IMG/VR virus record: IMGVR_UViG_3300025070_000043
Location: 1 to 54,509 of that record
Length of the DNA stretch: 54,509 nt
Source of the DNA: a virus
Lineage: Duplodnaviria; Caudoviricetes
Reading direction: 5' to 3' (one strand)
The notes beneath the pieces were generated by a model. The model saw only the letters and a list, made by a program, of their open reading frames with translations. It was not told where the DNA came from and searched no databases. Positions 25,907 to 35,400 of this stretch are shown here, piece after piece. Both the position numbers and the translations under genes were made by a program. Every line of letters starts with the position of its first letter. Within the stretch, counting starts at the first letter, position 1.

Positions 25907-27547
25907 TTATTCTAATCCTTGAATTAACTCGTCAGCTTTTTTACCTGTTTCAGTTTCTGTTACATCATTGCTTTCAGATGCACCAGCACCACCACCTATA
26001 TCAGAAACTTTAGGTCCAATTGTAATTGTTCTTTGAGCACCTTTAAAGCCGCCTGTTTCAAATGCAGACAAAGCATCTTCTAAAAGTTGTGCAGCTTCTT
26101 GTGCTTGAGCAGCACTACCTTCATAAGATTGTGTTTGTTCATTCCATGTTACACCTGCTCTTGCAGCAGACTGACGTGCTAAAGCATTATATGTTGTAGC
26201 ATCTATCGTGTTTGCACCCGTAGCTTCAATAATATCTCCAAGAGAAGATGCTTGAAGTTGTTGTAACTTAATAGCTGCTTCTGCTTGAGTTAGTTTTCCA
26301 GAAGCTAAATCTGCTTCAATCTGATCTAATGCACCTTGTACTGCTTGCTTTTGCTCACCTGCATACATTGCAGCTTCAGCAATCTGACCAGCCATTCCTT
26401 TTTCAGGGTCTGCTGAAGCATACCCCAATAGTAAATCAGATATATATTTAGCAGGTCCTGCTTGTTTTTCTAACCTAGCTTTTTTTTCTTCTGCTAAACG
26501 CTGCTGTTCTTGTGAAGTTTCTTCTAATTGTTTTTGATAATCAGACAAACCTGTTTGCATTTTTAATAAAGATTCTAATAAAGCAGCTTTAGGACTTGCT
26601 ACCTGTTGAGTTGTATCTTCTTCAGAACCTACAGTTGCACCTTCAGATAGTCTATTTACCATTCCTGATAAACCGCCTTGTGAACGGAAAGCCACATGAC
26701 CACCTTCTTTAAATACACCAAAGCCACTTGGACCTAAAATGCTACCTGCTGCACCCAAAACACCTGCAAGGTTTTGTGCAGAAGAAGGTTTAGCTACAGG
26801 TTGATATCTTGAAAAGCCTTGTAGAGGCATTTGATATACAGTAGATTGATATTGACCAAGAGCTTCATATGGGAAGTTTAACTGTCTTTCATATTCTTGT
26901 CTTGCAATATCAAGTCCTGCTTGTGACATACCACGCTGTGCTTCACCTACACCTGCAAGAGCAGATAGTTCAGTCATAGCTTGTTGCGGTACTGCCTGAC
27001 CTAATTGCATTAATCCGCTTGCTGCCCCTCTTTCTCTACCTATCTGTTCACCAAAAGCTTTTTGAGCTTGTTCAAATGCACGTTGTGAACCACGAGTTTG
27101 AATATCACCTAACTGTTGTGATTGATTACGTAATGTTTCAGCTTCAAGGATTGCTTGGCGTGAACCACCATAACCACCTGCACCTGCAGCTTGAGCACCA
27201 ATTTGTTGCATTTGTTGTGGGAAGTAACGAGAAGCTTCACGTTTTTCAACGTCTACTACTGCTTGCTGATAAGGAGACATATAAGTAGCAGCTTCAGTAG
27301 GAGTAAATTGTCGTGCTGCACCCATTGTTAAAGCAGTAGCAGGATTAAAGTATTGCTGACCTGTACCTACAAGTCCTGCAATGCCACGCATGGCTGCTTG
27401 TTCTTCGGGAGCAAACCCTGCAATCTGAGGACCTTGATAAGTCTGATACCCTGCAGCTTTCTGCTGCTGGTATATTTTACCTGCTTCTCCTAGAATTTCT
27501 TTTAGGCCAGATTTATAATCCTCTGGTGGTGTGTATTGTGCAACCAT
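25907..27547 (-). CDS. DNA ejection/pilot-like internal protein
   Basis: Gln/Ala/Gly-rich; YMSPYQQAVVD, AGGYGGSRQAI. Confidence 0.6.
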   Translation of the reverse strand: MVAQYTPPEDYKSGLKEILGEAGKIYQQQKAAGYQTYQGPQIAGFAPEEQAAMRGIAGLVGTGQQYFNPATALTMGAARQFTPTEAATYMSPYQQAVVDVEKREASRYFPQQMQQIGAQAAGAGGYGGSRQAILEAETLRNQSQQLGDIQTRGSQRAFEQAQKAFGEQIGRERGAASGLMQLGQAVPQQAMTELSALAGVGEAQRGMSQAGLDIARQEYERQLNFPYEALGQYQSTVYQMPLQGFSRYQPVAKPSSAQNLAGVLGAAGSILGPSGFGVFKEGGHVAFRSQGGLSGMVNRLSEGATVGSEEDTTQQVASPKAALLESLLKMQTGLSDYQKQLEETSQEQQRLAEEKKARLEKQAGPAKYISDLLLGYASADPEKGMAGQIAEAAMYAGEQKQAVQGALDQIEADLASGKLTQAEAAIKLQQLQASSLGDIIEATGANTIDATTYNALARQSAARAGVTWNEQTQSYEGSAAQAQEAAQLLEDALSAFETGGFKGAQRTITIGPKVSDIGGGAGASESNDVTETETGKKADELIQGLE

Positions 27548-28281
27548 TAGGCTAACTCCCTTAACATTTTGTCTCCGTCAATTTCTTTAATTTGTTTGCG
27601 TGTTCCTGTTGACTCTTCACGAACATCACCTAAAAACTTATCTAACTTTTCTGCACCTGAATCAGATGAACCATTACCAAGATTAGATACTACATCAGCA
27701 GGTATTACATATTCATCTCTGCTAAGAAGTGCTTTATCAATAACTGGGTCACCCTTAACTTTAAATAAAATATCATCAGACATGCCGTCCATAGAACCAC
27801 CACCACGTTTTACGTCTAACATTCCTTCAAATGGACGTTTACCCCCTGCAAGTGCTGCAATTCCACTAGGTTGTTGAAAATTTCCTTCGTTTAAAGGTTG
27901 CTGAGTAGGCATCTGCATAGGCTCATTAGGAATCATACCCGGCATAGGCACTTGTGGCTGTACGGGCATTGTAGGCTCAGGAATAGGTGGTTCGTTATAT
28001 TCGGATATTTTATTACGTCCAAAGTTTATTAATTCCTGCATTGCCTCTTTACCAGATATATCTTGATTAATAAGTCCTGCTAAACCACTCATTGCTTCTT
28101 CTAAATTAAAAGCTTCAGGCAATCCTGTCATAGGGTTAGATGTAAGTTTACCCATTGACCGCAACATATTTATTTCTGGCTTAGACATATGTATTAGTTC
28201 TGTATCACCCATACGTCCTTTCATGGCAAGTAAGTTTGCTATGCCACTTTGAGGTGCTTGTCTATTTGTAAAATATGCCAT
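27547..28281 (-). CDS. internal virion protein
   Basis: GRMGDTELIHM...NPMTGLPEA and DGMSDDI...LSRDEYVIPADVV motifs. Confidence 0.6.
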   Translation of the reverse strand: MAYFTNRQAPQSGIANLLAMKGRMGDTELIHMSKPEINMLRSMGKLTSNPMTGLPEAFNLEEAMSGLAGLINQDISGKEAMQELINFGRNKISEYNEPPIPEPTMPVQPQVPMPGMIPNEPMQMPTQQPLNEGNFQQPSGIAALAGGKRPFEGMLDVKRGGGSMDGMSDDILFKVKGDPVIDKALLSRDEYVIPADVVSNLGNGSSDSGAEKLDKFLGDVREESTGTRKQIKEIDGDKMLRELA

Positions 28282-28496
28282 TATGTGTTTACCTTATTTG
28301 GTGTCATATAGTTTGATTGTGCTTTTGTCATATCTGCTTGGAAGTTACTGCTTTTATTATACAACGAACCAAGGTTATATGCCATACCTTGTACAGTTTT
28401 TGTACCAAAATAGTCAGTTGTTATAGTAGTTCCACTATTAACATTACTAATATATGTACTATTATTAATTAAATTAAAATATTCTTGTTTATTCAT
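28281..28496 (-). CDS. hypothetical protein
   Basis: ORF 28281..28514; likely start MNKQE coupled to upstream stop. Confidence 0.5.
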   Translation of the reverse strand: MNKQEYFNLINNSTYISNVNSGTTITTDYFGTKTVQGMAYNLGSLYNKSSNFQADMTKAQSNYMTPNKVNT

Positions 28497-28768
28497 CAGT
28501 TTAAATTTACCCACCCTGTGCTACTTACATATCCTTTAAATTTTTCTTCACCTAAAGAAAAAGCAATATCTCCCGGAGAAGGTCTACCTATTTCAGTAAC
28601 AGTAACTACACTGTATATTTTATTTGTAGGTCTACTATTTATTTCTTCATCTCTAACATCAAGTTCAAAAGTTAATGTATCTGTGTATTGTTGTAACTCA
28701 GTATAAATTTGCACAGCATCCATAGTTTTTGCCGTAGAATAATTAGGAAGTTTAGGATAATTAGGCAT
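28496..28768 (-). CDS. small tail-associated protein
   Basis: Follows nozzle gene; GDIAF...FKGY...GWVNL. Confidence 0.55.
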   Translation of the reverse strand: MPNYPKLPNYSTAKTMDAVQIYTELQQYTDTLTFELDVRDEEINSRPTNKIYSVVTVTEIGRPSPGDIAFSLGEEKFKGYVSSTGWVNLN

Positions 28769-30603
28769 TACCGTTCACCATCTGGTTGTACATTAGCTCT
28801 TACCTTACCCCAACGCCACGAACTATCTGAACTGGCAGACACAATAATCTCTGCTTGTCTTCCTCTACCCCTTAAATCAATTTTCTTTGTAGAACTATTA
28901 ATCGTAAAAGGACCTTTTGTAGTTACTGTTCCATTAGGATATTCTTGGAAGTTAATAGAAAATTGAATATTACCATTATTAGTAAATTTATAATCAGGTA
29001 TAATTCGGTCTACAAATAATATTTTATCTCCATCTTCAATATCAAAAGATGCAGATTCAATAAAAGAAGAAAGTATTTTACCGTCACCTGTATATACATT
29101 ATCAGGTTCATTGTTCCAAACATAATTATCTGCTGTAGCAGAAACTTTACCAGTTGCTATGGTATTATCAAAAATACTACGGTCAGCAAATGTACTATAG
29201 AAAGATGTACCAAACACCCATGTATTTTCTGCAACATTATATATTACATATGAATCTGGTTCTTGAGAAGTTGCAGAAGGATATAACCAAATAATTTCTC
29301 TAAACTCAGAGTTCACTCCTGCAAATACTTTATCTTTATTTACCATATTAAAACTATCAAAAAGATACCTACGTACAGTACAATCTAGTTCTCTTACTCT
29401 ACCATCAAAAGCATAGAAGTTATTATCACCCATCCAGAAAGACACACCATCTACATCTATAGCTGCATGAGGGCCAATTAAACCACAGTTAGTACCTACA
29501 TTTTGAAAATTAAAGATAAAAGGTGGACCTGAAAAAGACTGAACAAACATTGCATTGTCTGTCCAAATATGAATACCATTACGAGAACGAACTGCTCCCA
29601 TAATTTTAGTACCACCAGTAAGTACAACTTCACCTGATGTGCTAGAAATAGAAGGTGTCCAGTTATTATAATTTTCTTGGTCTGACCAACGAACAAGCAT
29701 AGGATTGTATTCACCAGTTCCAAATTCATTGCAACCAAAAGAAATAAGATGTCTATCATTAGGCGAAACTTTAATATAATTATTAACAGAAGGAGAAGCA
29801 GACACAACTACTGCACGTTCTGGTGTTACAGAAGCATCTACATCAAGATGATATATTCTACCACCACGTCTACAAGCTACTAAGTCTTCACCCCAATTAT
29901 CTAAAGTCCATTGAGAATTGAGAAAAGTAATAGCACCTGCAGAAGCAGGTCTATTCCATGCTCTACCCCCAGTGGTAGATGTTCCAGCATTATATACACC
30001 TGCTCCATAACCAGTTCCCTGTACAGGAACAGTTCCTTCTACATTAAGAATAAATTCTAAATCTGCAGTTCCACCGTCTGTATAGGTAGCTGCTGCAGAA
30101 GTTGTAGCAGAAATAGTAAAAGCATTAAGTCCTGCTACTGCTACTACAGAATACTCACCAGATAAAATAATACCACTGTTACCAATAGAAGTAGCAGAGG
30201 TAATAAATATTCTATCATTAACAGATACACCATGATTAGTAATACTAATACTAACAAGTGGTGAATTTATTTGTGTACTCATTACACTTGTTAAAGCCAT
30301 TGCAGAAACAAAAGGAGTTACATCAAATAATTCTGAAGATTGTACAGCATAAAGAAATTTTTCTGTACCAAAAGACATAAGTTTTTTAGTGTCATTATCT
30401 GACCAAGTTAGCAAATCACGAGCAATACCAGTATAACTATCTGATATTGCCTTTGTGTAACCTCTTAAATTTTCTGGCTTACCTTCTCTAAAACGTACTC
30501 TATTTCCATCAAACCACTTACCTCTTTCAGAGTATTGAGTAGATTCTCTATGGAAACCGGGTTCAAAATTAAGAGTAGTAAGTCTTCCTGCTGTAGAAGC
30601 CAT
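28768..30603 (-). CDS. tail nozzle / DNA stabilization protein (P22 gp10-like)
   Basis: PGFHREST...WFDGNRVRFR, VRWSDQE, CGLIGP, FNSEF-like VNSEFREIIWLYP, C-terminal QPDGER. Confidence 0.7.
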   Translation of the reverse strand: MASTAGRLTTLNFEPGFHRESTQYSERGKWFDGNRVRFREGKPENLRGYTKAISDSYTGIARDLLTWSDNDTKKLMSFGTEKFLYAVQSSELFDVTPFVSAMALTSVMSTQINSPLVSISITNHGVSVNDRIFITSATSIGNSGIILSGEYSVVAVAGLNAFTISATTSAAATYTDGGTADLEFILNVEGTVPVQGTGYGAGVYNAGTSTTGGRAWNRPASAGAITFLNSQWTLDNWGEDLVACRRGGRIYHLDVDASVTPERAVVVSASPSVNNYIKVSPNDRHLISFGCNEFGTGEYNPMLVRWSDQENYNNWTPSISSTSGEVVLTGGTKIMGAVRSRNGIHIWTDNAMFVQSFSGPPFIFNFQNVGTNCGLIGPHAAIDVDGVSFWMGDNNFYAFDGRVRELDCTVRRYLFDSFNMVNKDKVFAGVNSEFREIIWLYPSATSQEPDSYVIYNVAENTWVFGTSFYSTFADRSIFDNTIATGKVSATADNYVWNNEPDNVYTGDGKILSSFIESASFDIEDGDKILFVDRIIPDYKFTNNGNIQFSINFQEYPNGTVTTKGPFTINSSTKKIDLRGRGRQAEIIVSASSDSSWRWGKVRANVQPDGER

Positions 30604-30606
30604 AAC

Positions 30607-31668
30607 CTACCTTTTCATGTCTTGAATTGCTACCATGTCAATAAATGCAGATGTAACACTGGCAGATACTTCTACACTACGTACAGAGTATGCAAGTAAG
30701 TCTACTGCACTAATAGATGTTGTAATTGTTGGAACTGTACCATTATTAAATTTAAAATCATTAGCAAATGAAAGTGTTTTGCTACCAGCAGTTCCATCTT
30801 GAATTACATAAATAATACCTTGTTGCCCTACGTTAATATTGTCTGGTTGTCTTAATGTACTATCTGCACTTACTTGGAATACAAAGTTATTACCTGCTTG
30901 CATATTAATTGCAAAAATACTTGTATCCGAAACCGCAATAGTTACAAGAGGTGAAAAGGCATAACCTGCACTTACTTTAATTTGACTATTAAATTCGTTA
31001 TCTGCACCAATAGTATTTAAATAACCAATACTTGTATTTACATAACGAATATCAGTAGTTGATAAAGCTATTAATTTAGGGTCAACCGTAGTTGTATTTG
31101 CAATAAAGGTTAAATTACCTGTTGCAGTTACAGAAGTAATAGGGTCAACAGTAGTTGTTTGTATTTCACCTATACTTGTAAGTACATCTCTATCTACTGA
31201 ATCTCCAAAACCTAAACCCTTTGCATCAAGACCACGTACATTAACACCATCAGACATAATAACAAAAGTAGATGTACCTGATATTGAAGTAGGTACAGTA
31301 AATCCTGTGGCGGTTGCTCCTGAATTAATAATACGTAAAGTGCCTGTTGCAGAAGAGTTAACTACTTCATTTTGAATAATATAAAATTTAGATTGAGCAG
31401 GAATAACAATGTTTGCAGCAGAAGCACTAACAACATATCCTTGAAGTTCCAATACTGCAGAACGAGCTTCATCTGCATTACCATTATTTGTTGTAAGAGG
31501 ATTGTCATTAACAAGCTGAACACCTGCTGTACCAATAGTGGTATATGCGCCAATTGCGTCATCAAGCAAGTCAATGACGTTTTGGTTAAGGATATCACCC
31601 CAAGAGTTAGGGTTTTCACCGTCTGCTTGTTTTTCTAAACGTATTCTACTGGTATATGAAGATGCCAT
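30607..31668 (-). CDS. tail fibre base/adaptor protein
   Basis: MASSYT...LEKQADGENPNSWG N-terminus; C-terminal IQDGTAGSKTLSF domain. Confidence 0.65.
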   Translation of the reverse strand: MASSYTSRIRLEKQADGENPNSWGDILNQNVIDLLDDAIGAYTTIGTAGVQLVNDNPLTTNNGNADEARSAVLELQGYVVSASAANIVIPAQSKFYIIQNEVVNSSATGTLRIINSGATATGFTVPTSISGTSTFVIMSDGVNVRGLDAKGLGFGDSVDRDVLTSIGEIQTTTVDPITSVTATGNLTFIANTTTVDPKLIALSTTDIRYVNTSIGYLNTIGADNEFNSQIKVSAGYAFSPLVTIAVSDTSIFAINMQAGNNFVFQVSADSTLRQPDNINVGQQGIIYVIQDGTAGSKTLSFANDFKFNNGTVPTITTSISAVDLLAYSVRSVEVSASVTSAFIDMVAIQDMKR

Positions 31669-31698
31669 CTTATTTCCTTATAAATTTATATTATGTTA

Positions 31699-31727
31699 AT
31701 TATATAATAAAATTACCTATTAGACAA
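31699..31727 (-). promoter_or_regulatory. sigma70-type promoter
   Basis: TTGTCT-17 nt-TATAAT on the minus strand. Confidence 0.65.
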
Positions 31728-31937
31728 GATTTTGTCTAACTTATCCTCTACTCTATGTAAGGCTTCCATAACCCTGTCCATATCGTATTTTAATTCATTA
31801 CGAGTTGCATAGTCTTCTCTTGTTCTGTTTAGTAATATTTCTAATCTTTTAGTTTCTGTTGAAATATTATTAGCCCACCATGCACCACCTGCAACAATAA
31901 TGCCTAAAAGAATATCTATAAGGTTTGCCATTTCCAT
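31713..31937 (-). CDS. small TM + coiled-coil protein
   Basis: TM segment then ILLNRTREDYAT...RVEDKLD. Confidence 0.6.
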   Translation of the reverse strand: MEMANLIDILLGIIVAGGAWWANNISTETKRLEILLNRTREDYATRNELKYDMDRVMEALHRVEDKLDKILSNR

Positions 31938-31938
31938 T

Positions 31939-32484
31939 TTATATCTCTTCAGGCCAATCATTAATAGGTGCAACTATTTGATTACCTTCTGCATCTTCTG
32001 TATATTGATGCAATGCTAAAAAGGCATTATGGTCTGTAACAGAATCTATAGCTGCTTCAATATCATTAGATGCAGTACGTACAGCAGCACGATATGTTAG
32101 GATATTAGAAGGTACACTATAGCTAGAAACCTCTGCCGCCTTCACTACCATCCAATCAGTCGGGGCTAGTAAGTTGCCAGCACGTTCTTTAGTTATTGCT
32201 TTCCACTGGCTTTTAAGCCCCAGAGTTACTAGCTGGTTACCATTAATGCCTAGGATAGGATTACCATCCTCGTCCACTTCATTAACATCGTTAATGTTTT
32301 TAGGCGTGTTAGCATCCCACCAAAACCTATTATCGTAAGGTGCTGGGTCTGCTTCCCATACTAATCCTTTAGATGCTTTTTCTTCATCTGACCAAATACC
32401 CCAGTTAGTAGGATGTTGAATACCATTATTATCAACCCATGCTCTACCAAGTTTAATAGTTTTATGTCCGTATTTCCATGTCAT
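31939..32484 (-). CDS. tail fibre assembly chaperone-like protein
   Basis: LLAPTDWMV...YRAAVR...WPE; directly downstream of the fibre. Confidence 0.65.
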   Translation of the reverse strand: MTWKYGHKTIKLGRAWVDNNGIQHPTNWGIWSDEEKASKGLVWEADPAPYDNRFWWDANTPKNINDVNEVDEDGNPILGINGNQLVTLGLKSQWKAITKERAGNLLAPTDWMVVKAAEVSSYSVPSNILTYRAAVRTASNDIEAAIDSVTDHNAFLALHQYTEDAEGNQIVAPINDWPEEI

Positions 32485-32497
32485 GTTTTATTATCTC

Positions 32498-35400
32498 CTA
32501 TCGGGCGTTGGCTGATTTGAATGGTGACTCTGCAAAGGCGAGGAATATAAAGGTTTGCCCAGAGCCATTTGCAACAGCGGATGAGGTCCTTAACTTAAAG
32601 CCGTTAGATGTAAAGTCTAAAATGTTGGACGTTCCCTCTGCACTACTAAGGTTTGCATATAGTTGGTCATTGTCCACATTGTAGCCCTCACGTTTATTGT
32701 CAAACATCCACCAGTGTTGAACCGCACCAGTAGCCGCTTTCAGCATAACCCATGCTGGCCTAAACCCACAGTGTACAAACGTGCCGTCTGACGAGCCATT
32801 GCCCGTGTATGAGCCTACCTTGCTGTAGCCCTCAACCTCTGAGAAAAGATACGCTACATAATCAGACCCAGACCCGTTTACAGTTGAGTTAGCCCCTACG
32901 TCAAAAGTAGTCGTGCTGGACTGAGTTGTTGTATTTGTACTGTCCCAAGCTGGAACAACAGAAGGACCACTCAAGGCATTAGTCAAATCAAGAAACATAT
33001 ATTTGCCGTTGCCGCTTGTAACAGACCTGTGCCAGACAAGCCAGTTTCCAGTTGTAGACCTTTTCTTTACGATAATCATGTCAGGAGCAGCACCAAGCCC
33101 ATGCCCTATTGTTTGGTCAGTAGTTCCATTGCCAGTGTAAGTCACCACACTAAACCCTGCATCCTGCTTTGCGCTGACTTGGCTATTGATATCCCCGTCT
33201 GTATTACTAACCGCAGTACCGCCAGCCAGCCAGTTCCATGCAACATAGTTAAACCCGCCATTAACTGTAGCTGAGTTTCCTAATGTAAATCCATCACTAT
33301 CAAAGCTAGTAACCCTGTCAGTGTTAGTTGTCTCTGCGGATGTTCCAGTGCTGTCTAAGTATTTTGTAACACCCCGAACAGAATCAACAAGCCTGTGACC
33401 AGAAGCACCGTTGCGAAGTTTAATCCATGTCCAATCGCTTTGAAAATTTACACCAGTTATTGCGTGGCCTGTTGTATTGTTGCCAGCATACAGCACAGTA
33501 TTGAAATATTCGTCTGGCAAAGTAATGGTAGCGGCTGGCAGATTGCTAGTTGACAACGCAAGGAAACCTGAAGGTGGTGCATAGTAGAAGTCACCTACAC
33601 CATTATCGTCTGTATTGCCTTGCGGTGCTTCATTGCCAGCAAAGGAACTGTCCTGACCGAAGTTGGCTATAGAACCACTTGTCCACAAACTTTCTGCAGG
33701 AGCGTATGTCCCAGAAATTCCTGTAAACGCTACACCCTGACTTACATTGTTTTTATAAAACTCTATAGTTCCAGCATCTAAATCCAATGCTACCCCTATA
33801 ATATCTCCAGCCGCCCACTGGTCACCATAACTGGTAGCTACATTATTATTGTATTTAAACCCAGCAGACCCACTTGATGCCCAATTATAATAACTGTAAC
33901 TATCTGCTGTACTACCTACAAAGTTTGTATAAGTCCCGAAACTATCAGCAACAATGCCTACCATGTGATAGTCATTATCTGTATTTCTAGTTTCCCAATA
34001 CCACTTTCCACTTGAAACATAGAAAGTTGCTGATGTAGTACGCCAAGCGGCTGAACTATAAACCGCTTTTAAGTTCCCCTCACTTAGCACTAATGCTGTA
34101 TTTAAAACGCTGTTATATGTAGCAAAGTTACCGCCACTCACAGGGGCATCCAGCACTACATCAGTATTGGTCAAGGCATAGGGTGTCCAATCGTTGTTGT
34201 TGCCAGAAGTATCACCAAAAAAAGTGGCGTTACGAGTTTCGGCAAAGGCCATGTAAATCCATGTTGATCCGCTATTGTTATAGCTACCATCTGCAAAAGA
34301 AAACCCTGTACTGCTAAACCTCAACCCATCAACAGTGCTTTCAACGGCACTAGAGTTAGGACGCAACCGACTATCTTTAGCGGTGTCAACGTCACGGGTA
34401 TTATCAAGTATAGCCCAATCAGAAGTATCGTCAATACGTTTCACCATTACAAATGCTGGCTCGAAACCTGTCGTTACAGCATTGCCAGCAGAGCCTGTAC
34501 CGCTATAAGTGCCGAATGACGAGTAGCCTGAGACTGAGTGGAAACAGTACATAATCATGTCATCGTTAGAGCCGTTGGTATAACCAGACGTTCCTAGTGT
34601 GAGCAAGCTGGATGTCGGGGCGGTATCATTCCAAGGTGTATTTGAATCAGATACTGCGCTAGTCAGGTTAAGAAATATTCGCTTTTGCTCTGGATTAGAT
34701 GCGTCTAAATCTTTGTGATAAACAAGCCAGTTATTAGCATCATCCCTATTTTTTGAGATTATCATTTCTGGTGTGCTGGTGAGGCCATGCCCTACTGTAG
34801 CCCCAGCAGTCGCATTTCCAACAAAGGATGTTATGCTGAAGCCCTTTGCGGTATTCGCTTTAACACGGCTGGTAATAGTGCCATCAGTGTTTACTGGTGA
34901 TATCAAGTCCTGACCGCCAGCAAAGGCCATATAGATATATGTACCGCCAGAGGCGTTAAAACCATTATCTGATGTTTTAAGCTGAAAATCTGAAGCATTA
35001 AAGTCAATATCATTTCCTGTTAGTTCTTGACCAGAATCATTTGGAAATAAACCTTTATCCGCAGGGTTAAAAGGACTACGGGTAGTGTCATAAATAATCC
35101 AATTATCTGCAGTATCAGTACGTTTAATCATGACGAAAGCAGGTCTAAATCCTGTTGATACTACAGGGCCAGTTGTAGAACCATTACCTGTATAAGACCC
35201 GAAGGACGAGTAGCCTGAGACTGAATGGAACGAGTAAGCGACATGATCACGAGCAGAGCCATTGACACCACCACCACCTGTCACTGTAAAGGTAGTGCTA
35301 CTAACAGCCTTAACTCTGTCATCTGCTGTTTCTGCGAAATTGGCATCAAGATACAAGGTGTTTGAGGCGTAACTAATATCCTTGTGCATCACTCGCCAAG

